Shown piece after piece: positions 1 to 9,621 of a stretch of 64,000 nucleotides of DNA. Both the position numbers and the translations under genes were made by a program. How positions within the stretch are numbered: position 1 is the first letter of the stretch; the number at the start of each line of letters is the position of its first letter. Source of the DNA: Candidatus Dormibacteria bacterium (GTDB lineage: Bacteria > Chloroflexota > Dormibacteria > Aeolococcales > Aeolococcaceae); contig JBOHUE010000157.1 of NCBI GenBank assembly GCA_050734185.1, forward strand, positions 1,430-65,429. Direction: 5' to 3'. The notes beneath the pieces were generated by a model that saw nothing but the letters and a program-made list of their open reading frames with translations, ran no database searches and was not told where the DNA came from.

Positions 1-931
1 GCGGGTAGCCGTCGGCGTCCACCTCGATCTGGCGGAACAGCCGGTTGTCCCTGACATCCTCGATCCAGCTCGGCAGCTGTGGCTGCCAGATGGTGCCGTA
101 CACCGCGTCCTCGCCCCACGTGGGCACATTGGCAAACACGAAGCCGCCAGATGCGGTCAGCTCCGCGACCCGGCCGATGTATGCGTCGAGGCGGTTGGGG
201 TTGAAGTGCTCGAAGATGTCGAGCCCGAACACGAGGTCATACGGCTGCTGCAGATCGAGGGTGAGCAGATCGCCGCGGTGAATGTTCGAGCGAACCGTGG
301 CCGGCGCGCGGCGAATCGCAGCCGCGCTGATCTCGACACCCTCGGCACGTACTCCGCGGTCATGGAGGCACGCCAGCACCGCGCCGCTCGAGCATCCGAT
401 CTCGAGCGCGCGGCGCGCGTTGAATGACGACAGAAGCTCCGCCATCGTTCGCTTGTCATCGTCGATCGCCAGAGTCCAGATCCCTGGCTTCTCGTAATAG
501 TCGTATTCGAGGATGCACTGCTCGAGCCAGTCGAAGTCGCTCGCCTCGTGCACGGTGAACACGCGCGTCGTGCCGCCGGCGGCGCCGATGTCCTCGTAGC
601 TCTCGGGCCGGAGTTCGCGCAGGTTCTGTATGACGAACGCGCCGGCGAGTGCGCGATTCATCGACTCCTCTGACAGCGCCAGGCGCACCAGCAACTCGTC
701 GCGCGTGACGCCGGCGTCGAGCATCGCTCCGTAGAACGCGGTCCCGCTGGCGTCGGCGGGGCGGTGAAGCACCAGCTGGTAGGCATCGTCGATGAACGCG
801 TCATCTGAGCGCACGTCGGCTCGTCGGAGCGCAACTATCCGGTCTCGCACGCGAGGGATGACCTGCGCAAGCCCGGCTGTGGCGGACCGGCGAGTGAGCT
901 GATGGCGCGCGGCGCCGGCGCTGGTGCGCAT
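1..931 (-). CDS. DUF4214-like / class I SAM-dependent methyltransferase (partial; 3' end beyond window start)
   Basis: Hand translation of minus strand: ATG at 931..929, open frame to position 1 with high GC3 (absent from ORF track because no in-window stop). N-terminal DUF4214-like segment (DDAYQLVLHRPADASGTAFYGAML), MTase motif I LEIGCSSGAVL and post-I DLVFGLDIFEHF. Confidence 0.55.
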   Translation of the reverse strand, partial: MRTSAGAARHQLTRRSATAGLAQVIPRVRDRIVALRRADVRSDDAFIDDAYQLVLHRPADASGTAFYGAMLDAGVTRDELLVRLALSEESMNRALAGAFVIQNLRELRPESYEDIGAAGGTTRVFTVHEASDFDWLEQCILEYDYYEKPGIWTLAIDDDKRTMAELLSSFNARRALEIGCSSGAVLACLHDRGVRAEGVEISAAAIRRAPATVRSNIHRGDLLTLDLQQPYDLVFGLDIFEHFNPNRLDAYIGRVAELTASGGFVFANVPTWGEDAVYGTIWQPQLPSWIEDVRDNRLFRQIEVDADGYP

Positions 932-1215
932 GCGGACCCGACTCTACGCGTCTCGTCAGCACGCGCGGTCCGAAGCGTTCGGCCCGGCGGTAGCAGCACG
1001 TGGTCGCCGTGACGTGGCGGCCGTGCAACAACGCGTCCCACATCGGCGCGACAGGTCGTCGGACTGCGCTCCACGACGGTGCCGCTGCACGGTCACGAAG
1101 CGGTTGCCCATCGAGGGCGAGCGCCGCCGCGACTCGAAGCTAGGTCCATCGCCGCGGGTGTTGTCGAGGAAGGCCTCGCGGATCCCAACCATCGATCACG
1201 ACGTGAGGAACCCTG

Positions 1216-3402
1216 ATGCCCGCAGGCCGCGACGCCCGCACACGGAAACGCAGAGACACGATCAGCATCGGCGCATCACTGCTTGCGGTCGCGGCGGCCG
1301 TCGTATCGGGACTGTCGAGCACGGCGCTCAGCGCGCACGCGGCGGCGAATGCGAACACCCCTGCGAGCCCGGCGCACGACTCGCCGGCGATCCCGGCGGA
1401 ATGCCAGACCGGGACGGACTTTGTCAGCGTCGCGTGGCAGGGCCCGACGTGTCAGGCGCACGGTAAGTTCGTTGTCCGGTTGCGCAGCGGCCACGCCCTG
1501 ACGGTGGCACCACCCGACACCATTGCGGCGTTCGCCAGTGCTGCCCCGCCGGCCGCGGCAAACCCCGCACCCGCGAGCGGTTCGCTGGCGTGCGTCAACC
1601 CGTCGACGCATACGCACATCGAGCTCTGGTACGCGCACTTCGCCGGTCAGGCCGACAACATCGGCGGGCACGCGAGCGACGTGCAGACGATGTTCCAGCA
1701 GGTCGATTCGAGCTACGTCGACTACGACTCTCGCTACTACAACGGTCCGGACATGCACCTGTACGTGGAGTGCGATTCCTTCGGCAACCCCATCGTCCAC
1801 GACATCGGTCTGTCGACGACACTCAACGGCAGTGACTACTCCACGATCGTGAGTGACATGGAGGGCCAGGGACACTCGAGCAACCTCGCGCACTACTGGG
1901 TGTGGACCGACGGCAATCCCACGTCGGGCTACGCAGGGCAGAGCAGCGTGGTCGGCGACGACTCGGCGGGGTCGGGCAACGCGATCAACTCCACCAACGC
2001 ATATTCGATCAACTACGGATACACCGCGGGCTCCGGAGGCGCGTCGATCTTCGCGCACGAAAACGGCCACGCCATGGGCGCCGTGCAGCTGAGCGCACCT
2101 GACTCCACCGGAGCCTGGCACTGCACCGACGGCCAGGATGTCATGTGCTACAACGACGGCGGTCCCAGCGCGAACGCATTCACCACCGGTGACTGCGCCA
2201 ATTCGCCAATCGGCACTGCACTGCTCGACTGCCATCGCGACAACTACTTCAATCCGTGTCCCGCACCGGGAACCTACCTCTCCGGCCACTGGGACGTCGC
2301 GAGCACCAACAACGCCTGGGTCTCGGTGAACGCGCTGCCGAGTCAAACGGGATTCCAGGGCACGCCACAGAGCGTCATCCACGGGACCAACGCGCTCCTG
2401 ACCGTGTATGTCTACGGGGCGAGCTGCGGCGGCGGCACCGTCACGTTCACGTATGGCGGTGGCACGCTGGGTACGTCAACAGTCGGCAGCAATGGACTGG
2501 CGGCGGTGTCGCTGGCGTCATTGCCGTTGGGCCATTACTCGGTCACCGCGCAGTTCAGCGGCTCTGCATATGCGGCGGCGAGCTCCACGTCATCGCCCGC
2601 GACGTTCGACGTCGTTGCCTCCCCCTTCAAATCCCTCGTGGTCGCGGACGCGTATGGCGGCGTGTTCCCGGCTCAGGCGTCGGCGCTGGGTGTACAGGCC
2701 GACATGTGGCCGGGGTGGGGAATGGCGCGCGGCATGGCCCTGAGCTCTGACGGGAAGGGCGGGTACGTGGTCGACGCCTGGGGCGGTGTGCACCCGTTCG
2801 GCACTGCGCCGCCCGTCACCGGCACCGGCTTCTGGCCTGGGTGGGACATCGCTCGTGGGATTGCGCTTCGCGCTGACGGGAAGAGTGGCTACGTGCTCGA
2901 CGCCTGGGGCGGCCTGCATCCGTTCGGCGCCAGCGGCGACATGCCGCCGTACGTCACCGGGACCACCGGATACTGGGCCGGCTGGGACATCGCACGCGGC
3001 GTGGTCCTGCGGTCGGACGGCGTGAGCGGCTACACGCTCGACGGGCTGGGCGGCGTGCACGCCTTCGGTGGCGCTCCCACCCTGGGCATCTCGGCGTACT
3101 GGCCGGGTTGGACGATCGCGCGCGGATTCACGCTTGACCCGGATGGAGCCGGCGGCTATGTGCTCGACGGTCTCGGCGGGCTGCATCCGTTCGGCAATGC
3201 CACCACTGTCAGCATCTCGGCCTACTGGTCGAGCTGGGACATCGCACGGTCGGTGGTGTCAGTGCCCGGGAACGGATCACAGGGCTGGGTGGTCGATGGA
3301 TTCGGCGGCCTTCATCAGTACGGCGGCGCGCCGTCGCCGGCGGGCTCCCCGGCCGGATACTGGCCTGGCCAGGACACAGCCCGGGCCGTCGCGGCCAGCT
3401 AG
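1216..3402 (+). CDS. secreted metzincin-like zinc metalloprotease with Ig-like domain and C-terminal 42-aa tandem repeats
   Basis: GAGGAA Shine-Dalgarno 6 nt upstream of ATG; signal-peptide-like N-terminus (basic n-region, hydrophobic core, AHA). HENGH zinc motif at nt 2056-2070 followed by Met-turn-like DVMCY; Ig-like TVTFTYGGG...YSVTAQFSG segment; about 5.5 copies of the GYVLDxWGGxHPFG...YWPGWDIARG repeat at the C-terminus. Confidence 0.75.
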   Translation: MPAGRDARTRKRRDTISIGASLLAVAAAVVSGLSSTALSAHAAANANTPASPAHDSPAIPAECQTGTDFVSVAWQGPTCQAHGKFVVRLRSGHALTVAPPDTIAAFASAAPPAAANPAPASGSLACVNPSTHTHIELWYAHFAGQADNIGGHASDVQTMFQQVDSSYVDYDSRYYNGPDMHLYVECDSFGNPIVHDIGLSTTLNGSDYSTIVSDMEGQGHSSNLAHYWVWTDGNPTSGYAGQSSVVGDDSAGSGNAINSTNAYSINYGYTAGSGGASIFAHENGHAMGAVQLSAPDSTGAWHCTDGQDVMCYNDGGPSANAFTTGDCANSPIGTALLDCHRDNYFNPCPAPGTYLSGHWDVASTNNAWVSVNALPSQTGFQGTPQSVIHGTNALLTVYVYGASCGGGTVTFTYGGGTLGTSTVGSNGLAAVSLASLPLGHYSVTAQFSGSAYAAASSTSSPATFDVVASPFKSLVVADAYGGVFPAQASALGVQADMWPGWGMARGMALSSDGKGGYVVDAWGGVHPFGTAPPVTGTGFWPGWDIARGIALRADGKSGYVLDAWGGLHPFGASGDMPPYVTGTTGYWAGWDIARGVVLRSDGVSGYTLDGLGGVHAFGGAPTLGISAYWPGWTIARGFTLDPDGAGGYVLDGLGGLHPFGNATTVSISAYWSSWDIARSVVSVPGNGSQGWVVDGFGGLHQYGGAPSPAGSPAGYWPGQDTARAVAAS
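2638..3399 (+). repeat. in-frame coding tandem repeat, about 126-bp (42-aa) period, about 5.5 copies
   Basis: Repeated protein motif DIARGxxLRxDGxSGYVLDxWGGxHPFGxAP....YWPGW read directly from the translation of 1216..3402; copies differ at DNA level. Confidence 0.8.
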
Positions 3403-3431
3403 GGGCTCCTGAGGGCGGCATACTCCGCCTC

Positions 3432-4838
3432 ATGGCTACCGGCGAGGCCACAGTCCCGGTGCGCCGGGTTGGCCTGCGCGTACGCCTCAGCCCCTCTGCC
3501 GCGGTGCCGGTGCTCGTCATCGTCCTCGGCCTGCTCGCCTACCACCAGATCTACACGGTCTACCGGTTCGACACCCCGGTGCACGGTGACGGCGAGGGCT
3601 ACTACGCGTACCTCCCGGCGTGGTTCTTGTTCCACGACGCGGGCTTCAACTCTCTGATTCGTGATCACCTGCTGCCGGCGTACGCCGCGCTCGGCCATCA
3701 GCAGGCGTCGCAGTTCGGCTTCTCGCTGCAGGCGACCGGCAACTGGCTCGACAAGTACGGGGTCGGCGAAGCACTGCTGCTGCTGCCCTTCTTCGGCATC
3801 GGTCACGCGGTGGCGGTGTTCGCGGGCACGGCGGCGGACGGGTACACGAACGCCGAGGTCTACACGGTCGGTGCCGCGGCACTCGTCTACATGGCGGCGG
3901 GGCTGTTTGCGCTTCGCGCTGTGCTGCGGCGCTGGTTCCCCGAATGGGTGATCGTCACGACGCTGCTCGCGATCACGCTGGGCACGAGCCTCTTCGACTT
4001 CGCCACGTGGGAGTCGTTGGGCAACCATGCCTTCAGCTTCTTCGTGGTCGCGCTGCTGATGCTGGAGGCGTTCCGCTGGTACGAGCGGCCGCGGTCGTGG
4101 ACCGCTCCGCTGCTCATGGGCGCCCTCGCCGGACTGCTGCTCGACATCCGGCTGACCAATGCGGTGCTCCTCATCGCCGTGCCGCTCCTCGGAGTCGGGT
4201 CGGTGAAGCAGCTCCGCACACGCGGGCGGTTGCTGTGGGAGCAGCGTCTCAAGGTTGCAGCGGGGGCCGGCGTTGCGGTGCTGGTGTTCGTGCCGCAGAG
4301 CGTCGCGTGGTACATCGCGACCGGTCATGTGTTCGTCCGGTCGTATCCCGGCGAGTCATTCGACTTCCTGCACCCGCACCTGCTCGAGTCGCTGTTCTGG
4401 TTGCAACCGCACGGGCTGCTGCCGTACGCGCCGGTTCTCACGCTCGCGTTCGCCGGCCTCGTGTGGGCCTGGGTCAAGCGTCGCGACATCGCGCTGCCCG
4501 TCACGGCTGCGTTTCTCCCATTCTGGTACCTGGTGAGCTCGTGGTACGACTGGTCGTATTCGCAGTCATTCGGGCAGCGTGGCTTCATCGACGTGCTGCC
4601 GTTCCTCGCGCTGCCGCTCGCGTTTCTGCTCGCATCACTGCGCGCGCGCTGGGTGCGCGTCGCCGCCGTCGCCGTCACCGGTGTCATGGTGGGAGCAACG
4701 ACCGTGCTGATGGTCGCGTACTGGCAATACCGCGTGGCCGGCAACGGGCTCAACTGGACCGACTACGCGGCCATATTCCGGCACCCGCACCTGCTGTTCG
4801 GCCCGCCGCAGTTCCCCTCGTGGATGCCGCATCCATAG
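3432..4838 (+). CDS. polytopic membrane protein, GT-C superfamily glycosyltransferase-like (PMT/ArnT-like, presumably polyprenyl-phosphate-sugar dependent)
   Basis: About 11 predicted TM helices. First extracytoplasmic loop has acidic motif DTPVHGDGEGYYAYLPAWFLFHD resembling the DE/DEx loop-1 motif of GT39/GT83 enzymes. High GC3. Sits in the glycosylation cluster. Confidence 0.55.
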   Translation: MATGEATVPVRRVGLRVRLSPSAAVPVLVIVLGLLAYHQIYTVYRFDTPVHGDGEGYYAYLPAWFLFHDAGFNSLIRDHLLPAYAALGHQQASQFGFSLQATGNWLDKYGVGEALLLLPFFGIGHAVAVFAGTAADGYTNAEVYTVGAAALVYMAAGLFALRAVLRRWFPEWVIVTTLLAITLGTSLFDFATWESLGNHAFSFFVVALLMLEAFRWYERPRSWTAPLLMGALAGLLLDIRLTNAVLLIAVPLLGVGSVKQLRTRGRLLWEQRLKVAAGAGVAVLVFVPQSVAWYIATGHVFVRSYPGESFDFLHPHLLESLFWLQPHGLLPYAPVLTLAFAGLVWAWVKRRDIALPVTAAFLPFWYLVSSWYDWSYSQSFGQRGFIDVLPFLALPLAFLLASLRARWVRVAAVAVTGVMVGATTVLMVAYWQYRVAGNGLNWTDYAAIFRHPHLLFGPPQFPSWMPHP

Positions 4839-4854
4839 CTACACTCCCACGCCG

Positions 4855-6600
4855 ATGGCCGACGCGCGGCGCGTGAGCCCCGTGCTCATGCGACTTGTCA
4901 GGACGCTGCTGCCGATAGCGCTCTACCTCGGTGTCGCCTTCGCCCTCACCGCAGGCGTCTGGCATGACCCGGCGCACACATGGCCGGGACCGCAGGGAGA
5001 CGTCTACAAGTTCATCGACTTCATGTCGTGGGTGCCGCACGCAATCGCGCACGGCAAGGACCCCTTCTTCATGGGTGTGATCGACTATCCCGACGGCGTC
5101 AACCTGACATGGGAGACGCCCGCGTTGCTCGGCGACGTGCTGATCTGGCCGTTCACCGCGCTCCTCGGGCCGCTTCCCGCATACAACGTGTTCATCCTCC
5201 TGAGCATCACCCTCGACGGGTGGTGCACGTATCTCTGGCTGCGCCGGCATGTGCGCTCACCGTGGGCAGCCGCCCCGGCTGCGCTGCTCATCGCGCTCGG
5301 GCCCTGGGTGGCCGTGCACGCGCAGCAGCTCAACCTCATCTCGTTCTGGCCTCTCCCGCTGATCTTCATGGCGGCCGAGGATCTCCTCCGCGGGGAACGA
5401 AGCCGGGTGTGGACGGGGCTCGTGCTCGGCGTGCTGTTCGCGGTGCAGCTGTACCTCGCCGAAGAGCTCGCGGTCCTGGCCGCCATCGGCCTCGCGCTGG
5501 CGATCGTCGCCACCGTCCTCGCACTCGGCGCGAGCATCCGGCCCGCGATCCCCCGCGTCGTGGCGTCTGGAGCGATCGCGATTGCCACCGCGGTCGTGCT
5601 CACGGCGCCGCTGTTGATCTACCAGTTCAGAGGCCCGCGGCGCATCCACGGCATCATCCACCCCCCTGGTTTTTACGTCACCGACCTGCAGAACTTCCTC
5701 ATTCCCACGGGAGTCACGTGGGCGTGGCCGCAGTCGGTCACCGCGGCGGACGTGGGCGCGTGGAGCGGTCCGAGTGAGGCGGTCGGGTACATCGGCATCC
5801 CGCTGCTGCTGATTGCTCTGTACGCGGTGGTCCGATGGTGGCGCGAACCACTCGTCAGGATCGCCGGCCTGACCATCGCCGCGGCCGCAATCCTGAGCCT
5901 GGGGCCACATCTGCACATCGGCGGGGTCGACACCGGCATCCGCCTGCCGGGCGTGATCTTCAGCCGCCTGCCGCTGCTCGAGAACCTCATCCCGTCGCGC
6001 ATTGCGCTCATCACGGCGTTCGGGCTCGCGTTCCTGCTCGCGATCACGCTGGACCGCACGCTGCTGCGCAATCCGCTGCGCAGCGTGAGCACCGCGCTGG
6101 TGTCGGTTGTCGGCCTCGCCGCCATCGTCTCGATGGTGTCGCAGCTTCCGCTGCCGGCGTCGTCGACATCGATCCCGGCGTACTTCCAACCCGGCGGTGG
6201 CGCGACGCGACTCCCGGCGGGAACCGTCGCGCTGGTCGCACCGTATATCGATGACGGCGCCGTCTCACCCGTCGTCATGCTGTGGCAAGCTGAGAGTGAC
6301 TTTCACTTCGCGCTCACCGACGGTCTCGCCATCACCGCGGATGCGAATGGCAACGCAGCGTTTCTGCCGACGACGCCACTACGTCTGGCGTTCGACCAGA
6401 TCCAGCTCGAGGGCCATCTGCCCGCCGAGACCGCGGCGCTGCGAGAGAGCCTTCTGGCCACGATGCACGCCGACAACGTCAGCGTCATCATCGTCGGCCC
6501 CATGCAGCAGCGCGAGCTCGCGGTGGAATTCATCGACTGGCTCACCGGCCGTACCCCGGTGGACGGGGAGGACGTCAGCGTCTGGAGCGGGCCACCATAG
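4855..6600 (+). CDS. polytopic membrane protein with C-terminal soluble domain, YfhO/GT-C-like putative glycosyltransferase
   Basis: Multiple TM helices over about 400 aa, then a soluble C-terminal domain of about 150 aa. This architecture resembles YfhO-type polyprenyl-P-sugar-dependent glycosyltransferases. Family assignment not verified. Confidence 0.5.
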   Translation: MADARRVSPVLMRLVRTLLPIALYLGVAFALTAGVWHDPAHTWPGPQGDVYKFIDFMSWVPHAIAHGKDPFFMGVIDYPDGVNLTWETPALLGDVLIWPFTALLGPLPAYNVFILLSITLDGWCTYLWLRRHVRSPWAAAPAALLIALGPWVAVHAQQLNLISFWPLPLIFMAAEDLLRGERSRVWTGLVLGVLFAVQLYLAEELAVLAAIGLALAIVATVLALGASIRPAIPRVVASGAIAIATAVVLTAPLLIYQFRGPRRIHGIIHPPGFYVTDLQNFLIPTGVTWAWPQSVTAADVGAWSGPSEAVGYIGIPLLLIALYAVVRWWREPLVRIAGLTIAAAAILSLGPHLHIGGVDTGIRLPGVIFSRLPLLENLIPSRIALITAFGLAFLLAITLDRTLLRNPLRSVSTALVSVVGLAAIVSMVSQLPLPASSTSIPAYFQPGGGATRLPAGTVALVAPYIDDGAVSPVVMLWQAESDFHFALTDGLAITADANGNAAFLPTTPLRLAFDQIQLEGHLPAETAALRESLLATMHADNVSVIIVGPMQQRELAVEFIDWLTGRTPVDGEDVSVWSGPP

Positions 6601-6652
6601 CCGCGACCCTTTCCTATAATTCGCTGCCAATCGCCGGAGCGCAGGAGGCGCA

Positions 6653-7846
6653 ATGACTTTCCCCAACGACATCGTGATCATGGGTGGCTGCGGACACGTC
6701 GGCCTGCCGCTCGGGATCGCGTTCGCCTGCCGCGGTCTTCGCGTGGAGCTGTTCGACACCAATGCCGACGTCGTGCAGATGGTCAACGGCGGGCAGATGC
6801 CGTTTCGCGAGAATGGAGCCGATGGGGCGCTCGCCACCGTGCTGCGCGAGGGTCGTCTGACCGCCACCAGCGATCCCGCGTCGATCGCGCGTGCGGAGAA
6901 CGTGGTCGTGGTGGTCGGCACGCCGGTCAACCGCTATCTCAGCCCCGACATCGAGGCGGTGCCGCGCGCGCTGATGTCCGTCGCGGAACATCTCGTCGAC
7001 GGTCAGCTCATCGTGCTCCGCAGCACGGTGTACCCGGGTGTCACAGCGCTGGTCGAACGGCAGTTGCGCGATGCCAGCGCGTCAGTCGAGGTCTGTTTCT
7101 GCCCCGAACGGATCGCTGAGGGCCACGCGCTGGAGGAGCTGCACCAGCTGCCCCAGATCGTTGCCGCGCGCAGCCCGCACGCGATCGATCGCGCGAGCGC
7201 GCTGTTTCGCCAGCTCACCGATCACATCGTCGAGCTGTCGCCGGAGGAGGCGGAGCTGGCCAAGCTCTTCACGAACACCTGGCGTTACGTGAAGTTCGCG
7301 GCGGCCAACCAGCTGTTCATGATCGCCAACGACCGCGGCCTCGACTTCGAGCGCATCCGCGGTGCGATCACGCACATGTATCCGCGTGCGGCGGACATGC
7401 CCGGCCCCGGATTCTCCGCCGGCCCCTGCCTGTTCAAGGACACGATGCAGATCGCTGCATTCTCGGAAAACACGTTCACGCTGGGTCATGCCAGCGTCAT
7501 GATCAACGAGGGACTGCCGCTGTACGCCGTGGGTAAGCTGGAGCAGCGCTTCGACCTGTCGACGATGACGATCGGCATCCTCGGGATGGCGTTCAAGGGC
7601 GGCTCGGACGACACACGGGCGAGCCTCAGCTACAAGCTGAAGCGGCTGCTCAAACTCAAGGCTCTCGAAGTCCTCTGCACGGATCCCTACGTGTCGTCGG
7701 ACGACGACCTGACGCCGCTCGACGACGTGCTCGCGCGGGCGGACCTGCTCATCGTCGCGACGCCACACCCGGAGTACGCGGCGCTGCAGCCGGGCGTTCC
7801 CGTCGTCGATCTCTTCAACATTCTGGGACAGGGCGTCGTCATTTGA
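6653..7846 (+). CDS. nucleotide-sugar dehydrogenase (UDP-glucose/GDP-mannose dehydrogenase family)
   Basis: N-terminal Rossmann IVIMGGCGHVGLPLG; catalytic-region motifs FCPERIAEG and GFSAGPCLFKDT (equivalents of NPEFLxEG and GGSCFPKD); C-terminal UDP-binding domain. Confidence 0.85.
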   Translation: MTFPNDIVIMGGCGHVGLPLGIAFACRGLRVELFDTNADVVQMVNGGQMPFRENGADGALATVLREGRLTATSDPASIARAENVVVVVGTPVNRYLSPDIEAVPRALMSVAEHLVDGQLIVLRSTVYPGVTALVERQLRDASASVEVCFCPERIAEGHALEELHQLPQIVAARSPHAIDRASALFRQLTDHIVELSPEEAELAKLFTNTWRYVKFAAANQLFMIANDRGLDFERIRGAITHMYPRAADMPGPGFSAGPCLFKDTMQIAAFSENTFTLGHASVMINEGLPLYAVGKLEQRFDLSTMTIGILGMAFKGGSDDTRASLSYKLKRLLKLKALEVLCTDPYVSSDDDLTPLDDVLARADLLIVATPHPEYAALQPGVPVVDLFNILGQGVVI

Positions 7847-8598
7847 AGCCGCGCGTCTCGGTGGTCGTTCCCGTGCACAACGAGGGCGACGGCGTCACTG
7901 CGTTTCTCGAGCGACTGTTCGAGGCGCTGTCGCTTCCGGCTGAGGTGCTGTGCGTGTACGACGGCCCCGAGGACACCACGCTGCCGACGCTGCACCATGT
8001 TGCGCAACGCGAGCCGCGCTTGCGCGCCGTGCACAACACGTACGGGCGCGGCCCGGCGAACGCCATCCGCTTCGGCATCGACAACGCCATCGCGGATGTG
8101 GTTGTGGTCACGATGGCGGACGGCAGTGACGATCCGATGCAGATCGACCCCCTCACGCGGCTCGTCGAACGTGGCGTCGTGGTGGCGTGCGCCTCACGCT
8201 ACATGCGCGGGGGGCAGCAGGTGGGCGGCCCGTGGCTCAAGGGACGCATCTCGCGCACCGCAGGCGTCTCACTGCGGGTGTTCGGCAGAGTCGGGACGCA
8301 CGACGCCACCAACTCGTTCAAGGCGTATTCGCGAGCGTTCGTGCGCAAGGTCGGCATCGAGTCGGATGCGGGGTTCGAGATGGGACTCGAGATGGTCGCC
8401 AAGGCACGCCGGCTCCGGCTCCCGGTTGCCGAGCTGCCCACCATCTGGCTGGACCGTACGGGCGGTGTGTCCAACTTCAAGGTGCGCGCGTGGATGCCCC
8501 GCTACCTGCGCTGGTACTTGTATGCACTGGGGATGGGCAGGACGGACGCGCGCCGCGGCACGCAGCCGGACAGTTCTCTGGAGGCGGCGTCAGAGTGA
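7843..8598 (+). CDS. GT2 glycosyltransferase, polyprenol-monophosphate-sugar synthase (Ppm1/DPM1/CsbB-like)
   Basis: ATGA overlap with upstream gene; VSVVVPVHNE start and DGSDD (DxD-type) motif; about 250 aa, typical of the Ppm1 catalytic domain. Confidence 0.8.
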   Translation: MKPRVSVVVPVHNEGDGVTAFLERLFEALSLPAEVLCVYDGPEDTTLPTLHHVAQREPRLRAVHNTYGRGPANAIRFGIDNAIADVVVVTMADGSDDPMQIDPLTRLVERGVVVACASRYMRGGQQVGGPWLKGRISRTAGVSLRVFGRVGTHDATNSFKAYSRAFVRKVGIESDAGFEMGLEMVAKARRLRLPVAELPTIWLDRTGGVSNFKVRAWMPRYLRWYLYALGMGRTDARRGTQPDSSLEAASE

Positions 8599-9620
8599 GC
8601 ACAGTCCTTGTCACGGGATCGTCCGGGTTCATCGGCGGGTACGTCGTCGAGGAGCTGCTGGCCCGCGGCCACAGTGTGATCGGCATCGACAACGAGTCGA
8701 AGTACGGTCCGGTGTCCCGCTCCTACGACCAGCACAGCAACTACCGCCTCATCCGCGGCGATGTCCAGGACACAGCGCTGATGCGCGACGCGCTCGCCGG
8801 CTGCGATCACCTCATCGCCGGTGCTGCGATGATCGGCGGGATCTCGTACTTCCACACGTACGCGTATGACCTCCTCGCAACCAACGAACGAGTGATCGCG
8901 TCGACGTGTGACGCAGCCATCGACGCCCATCGGAACGGCAGGCTGCAGAAGGTCACCTACCTCAGCTCGTCGATGGTCTTCGAGTCCGCCGACCGCTGGC
9001 CCTCGTACGAAGGCCAGGAGCTCGAGGTCCCGCCGCCGAAATCGTCGTACGGCTTTCAGAAGCTTGCGGTCGAGTTCTTCGCGCGCGCGGCGCACCGTCA
9101 GTACGAGGTGCCGTTCACGATCGTGCGCCCCTTCAACTGCGTCGGCGTGGGCGAGGGACGGGCGCTCGGCGAGGTCGAGATCCTGAGCGGCAACGTGAAG
9201 CTGGCGATGAGCCACGTCGTGCCCGACCTGGTGCAAAAGGTGTTGAAGGGGCAGGATCCGCTGCACCTCCTCGGCGACGGCAGCCAGGTGCGTCACTACA
9301 CGTACGGCGGCGACCTGGCCAAGGGCATCGTCACCGCGATGGAGAGTCCTGCGGCGCTCAACGAGGACTTCAACCTCTCGACGCGCGACTCGACGACGGT
9401 GCTCGAGTTGGCCGAACAGATCTGGCGGCGGGTCCGGGGTGACGCGGTGCCGTTTCGCTACGTGTCGGATCCACCGTTCGAGTACGACGTGCAGCGCCGC
9501 GTCCCCGCGGTGGACAAGGCGGAGCGTGTCCTGGGGTTCGAGGCCACCACCACGCTCGATGAGATGCTCGACGAGGTGGTGCCGTGGATCGAGAGCGCCG
9601 TGGCAGCCGGCGCCATCTGA
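8595..9620 (+). CDS. NAD-dependent epimerase/dehydratase (extended SDR, UDP-sugar 4-epimerase/decarboxylase-like)
   Basis: GTG start at 8595 overlapping the upstream TGA (GTGA). The track ORF 8187..9620 is a 5' over-extension that overlaps the GT2 gene. Motifs VLVTGSSGFIGGYV (GxxGxxG) and SSYGFQK (YxxxK). Confidence 0.8.
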   Translation: MSTVLVTGSSGFIGGYVVEELLARGHSVIGIDNESKYGPVSRSYDQHSNYRLIRGDVQDTALMRDALAGCDHLIAGAAMIGGISYFHTYAYDLLATNERVIASTCDAAIDAHRNGRLQKVTYLSSSMVFESADRWPSYEGQELEVPPPKSSYGFQKLAVEFFARAAHRQYEVPFTIVRPFNCVGVGEGRALGEVEILSGNVKLAMSHVVPDLVQKVLKGQDPLHLLGDGSQVRHYTYGGDLAKGIVTAMESPAALNEDFNLSTRDSTTVLELAEQIWRRVRGDAVPFRYVSDPPFEYDVQRRVPAVDKAERVLGFEATTTLDEMLDEVVPWIESAVAAGAI

Positions 9621-9621
9621 T

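Noticed and set aside
1276-2382. 368-aa antisense ORF inside the metalloprotease gene
   Set aside because: Arg/Ala/Val-rich translation typical of high-GC antisense frames; the plus frame carries HExxH and a signal peptide.
3399-4876. ORFs 3399..4328(-), 3887..4315(-), 3944..4876(+) overlapping the GT-C membrane protein gene
   Set aside because: Alternate-frame artefacts; only the 3432..4838 frame gives coherent TM helices and GC3 bias.
8187-8594. 5' extension of the epimerase ORF
   Set aside because: Overlaps the GT2 gene in another frame; an internal GTG at 8595 with GTGA coupling gives a protein starting right at the Rossmann motif.
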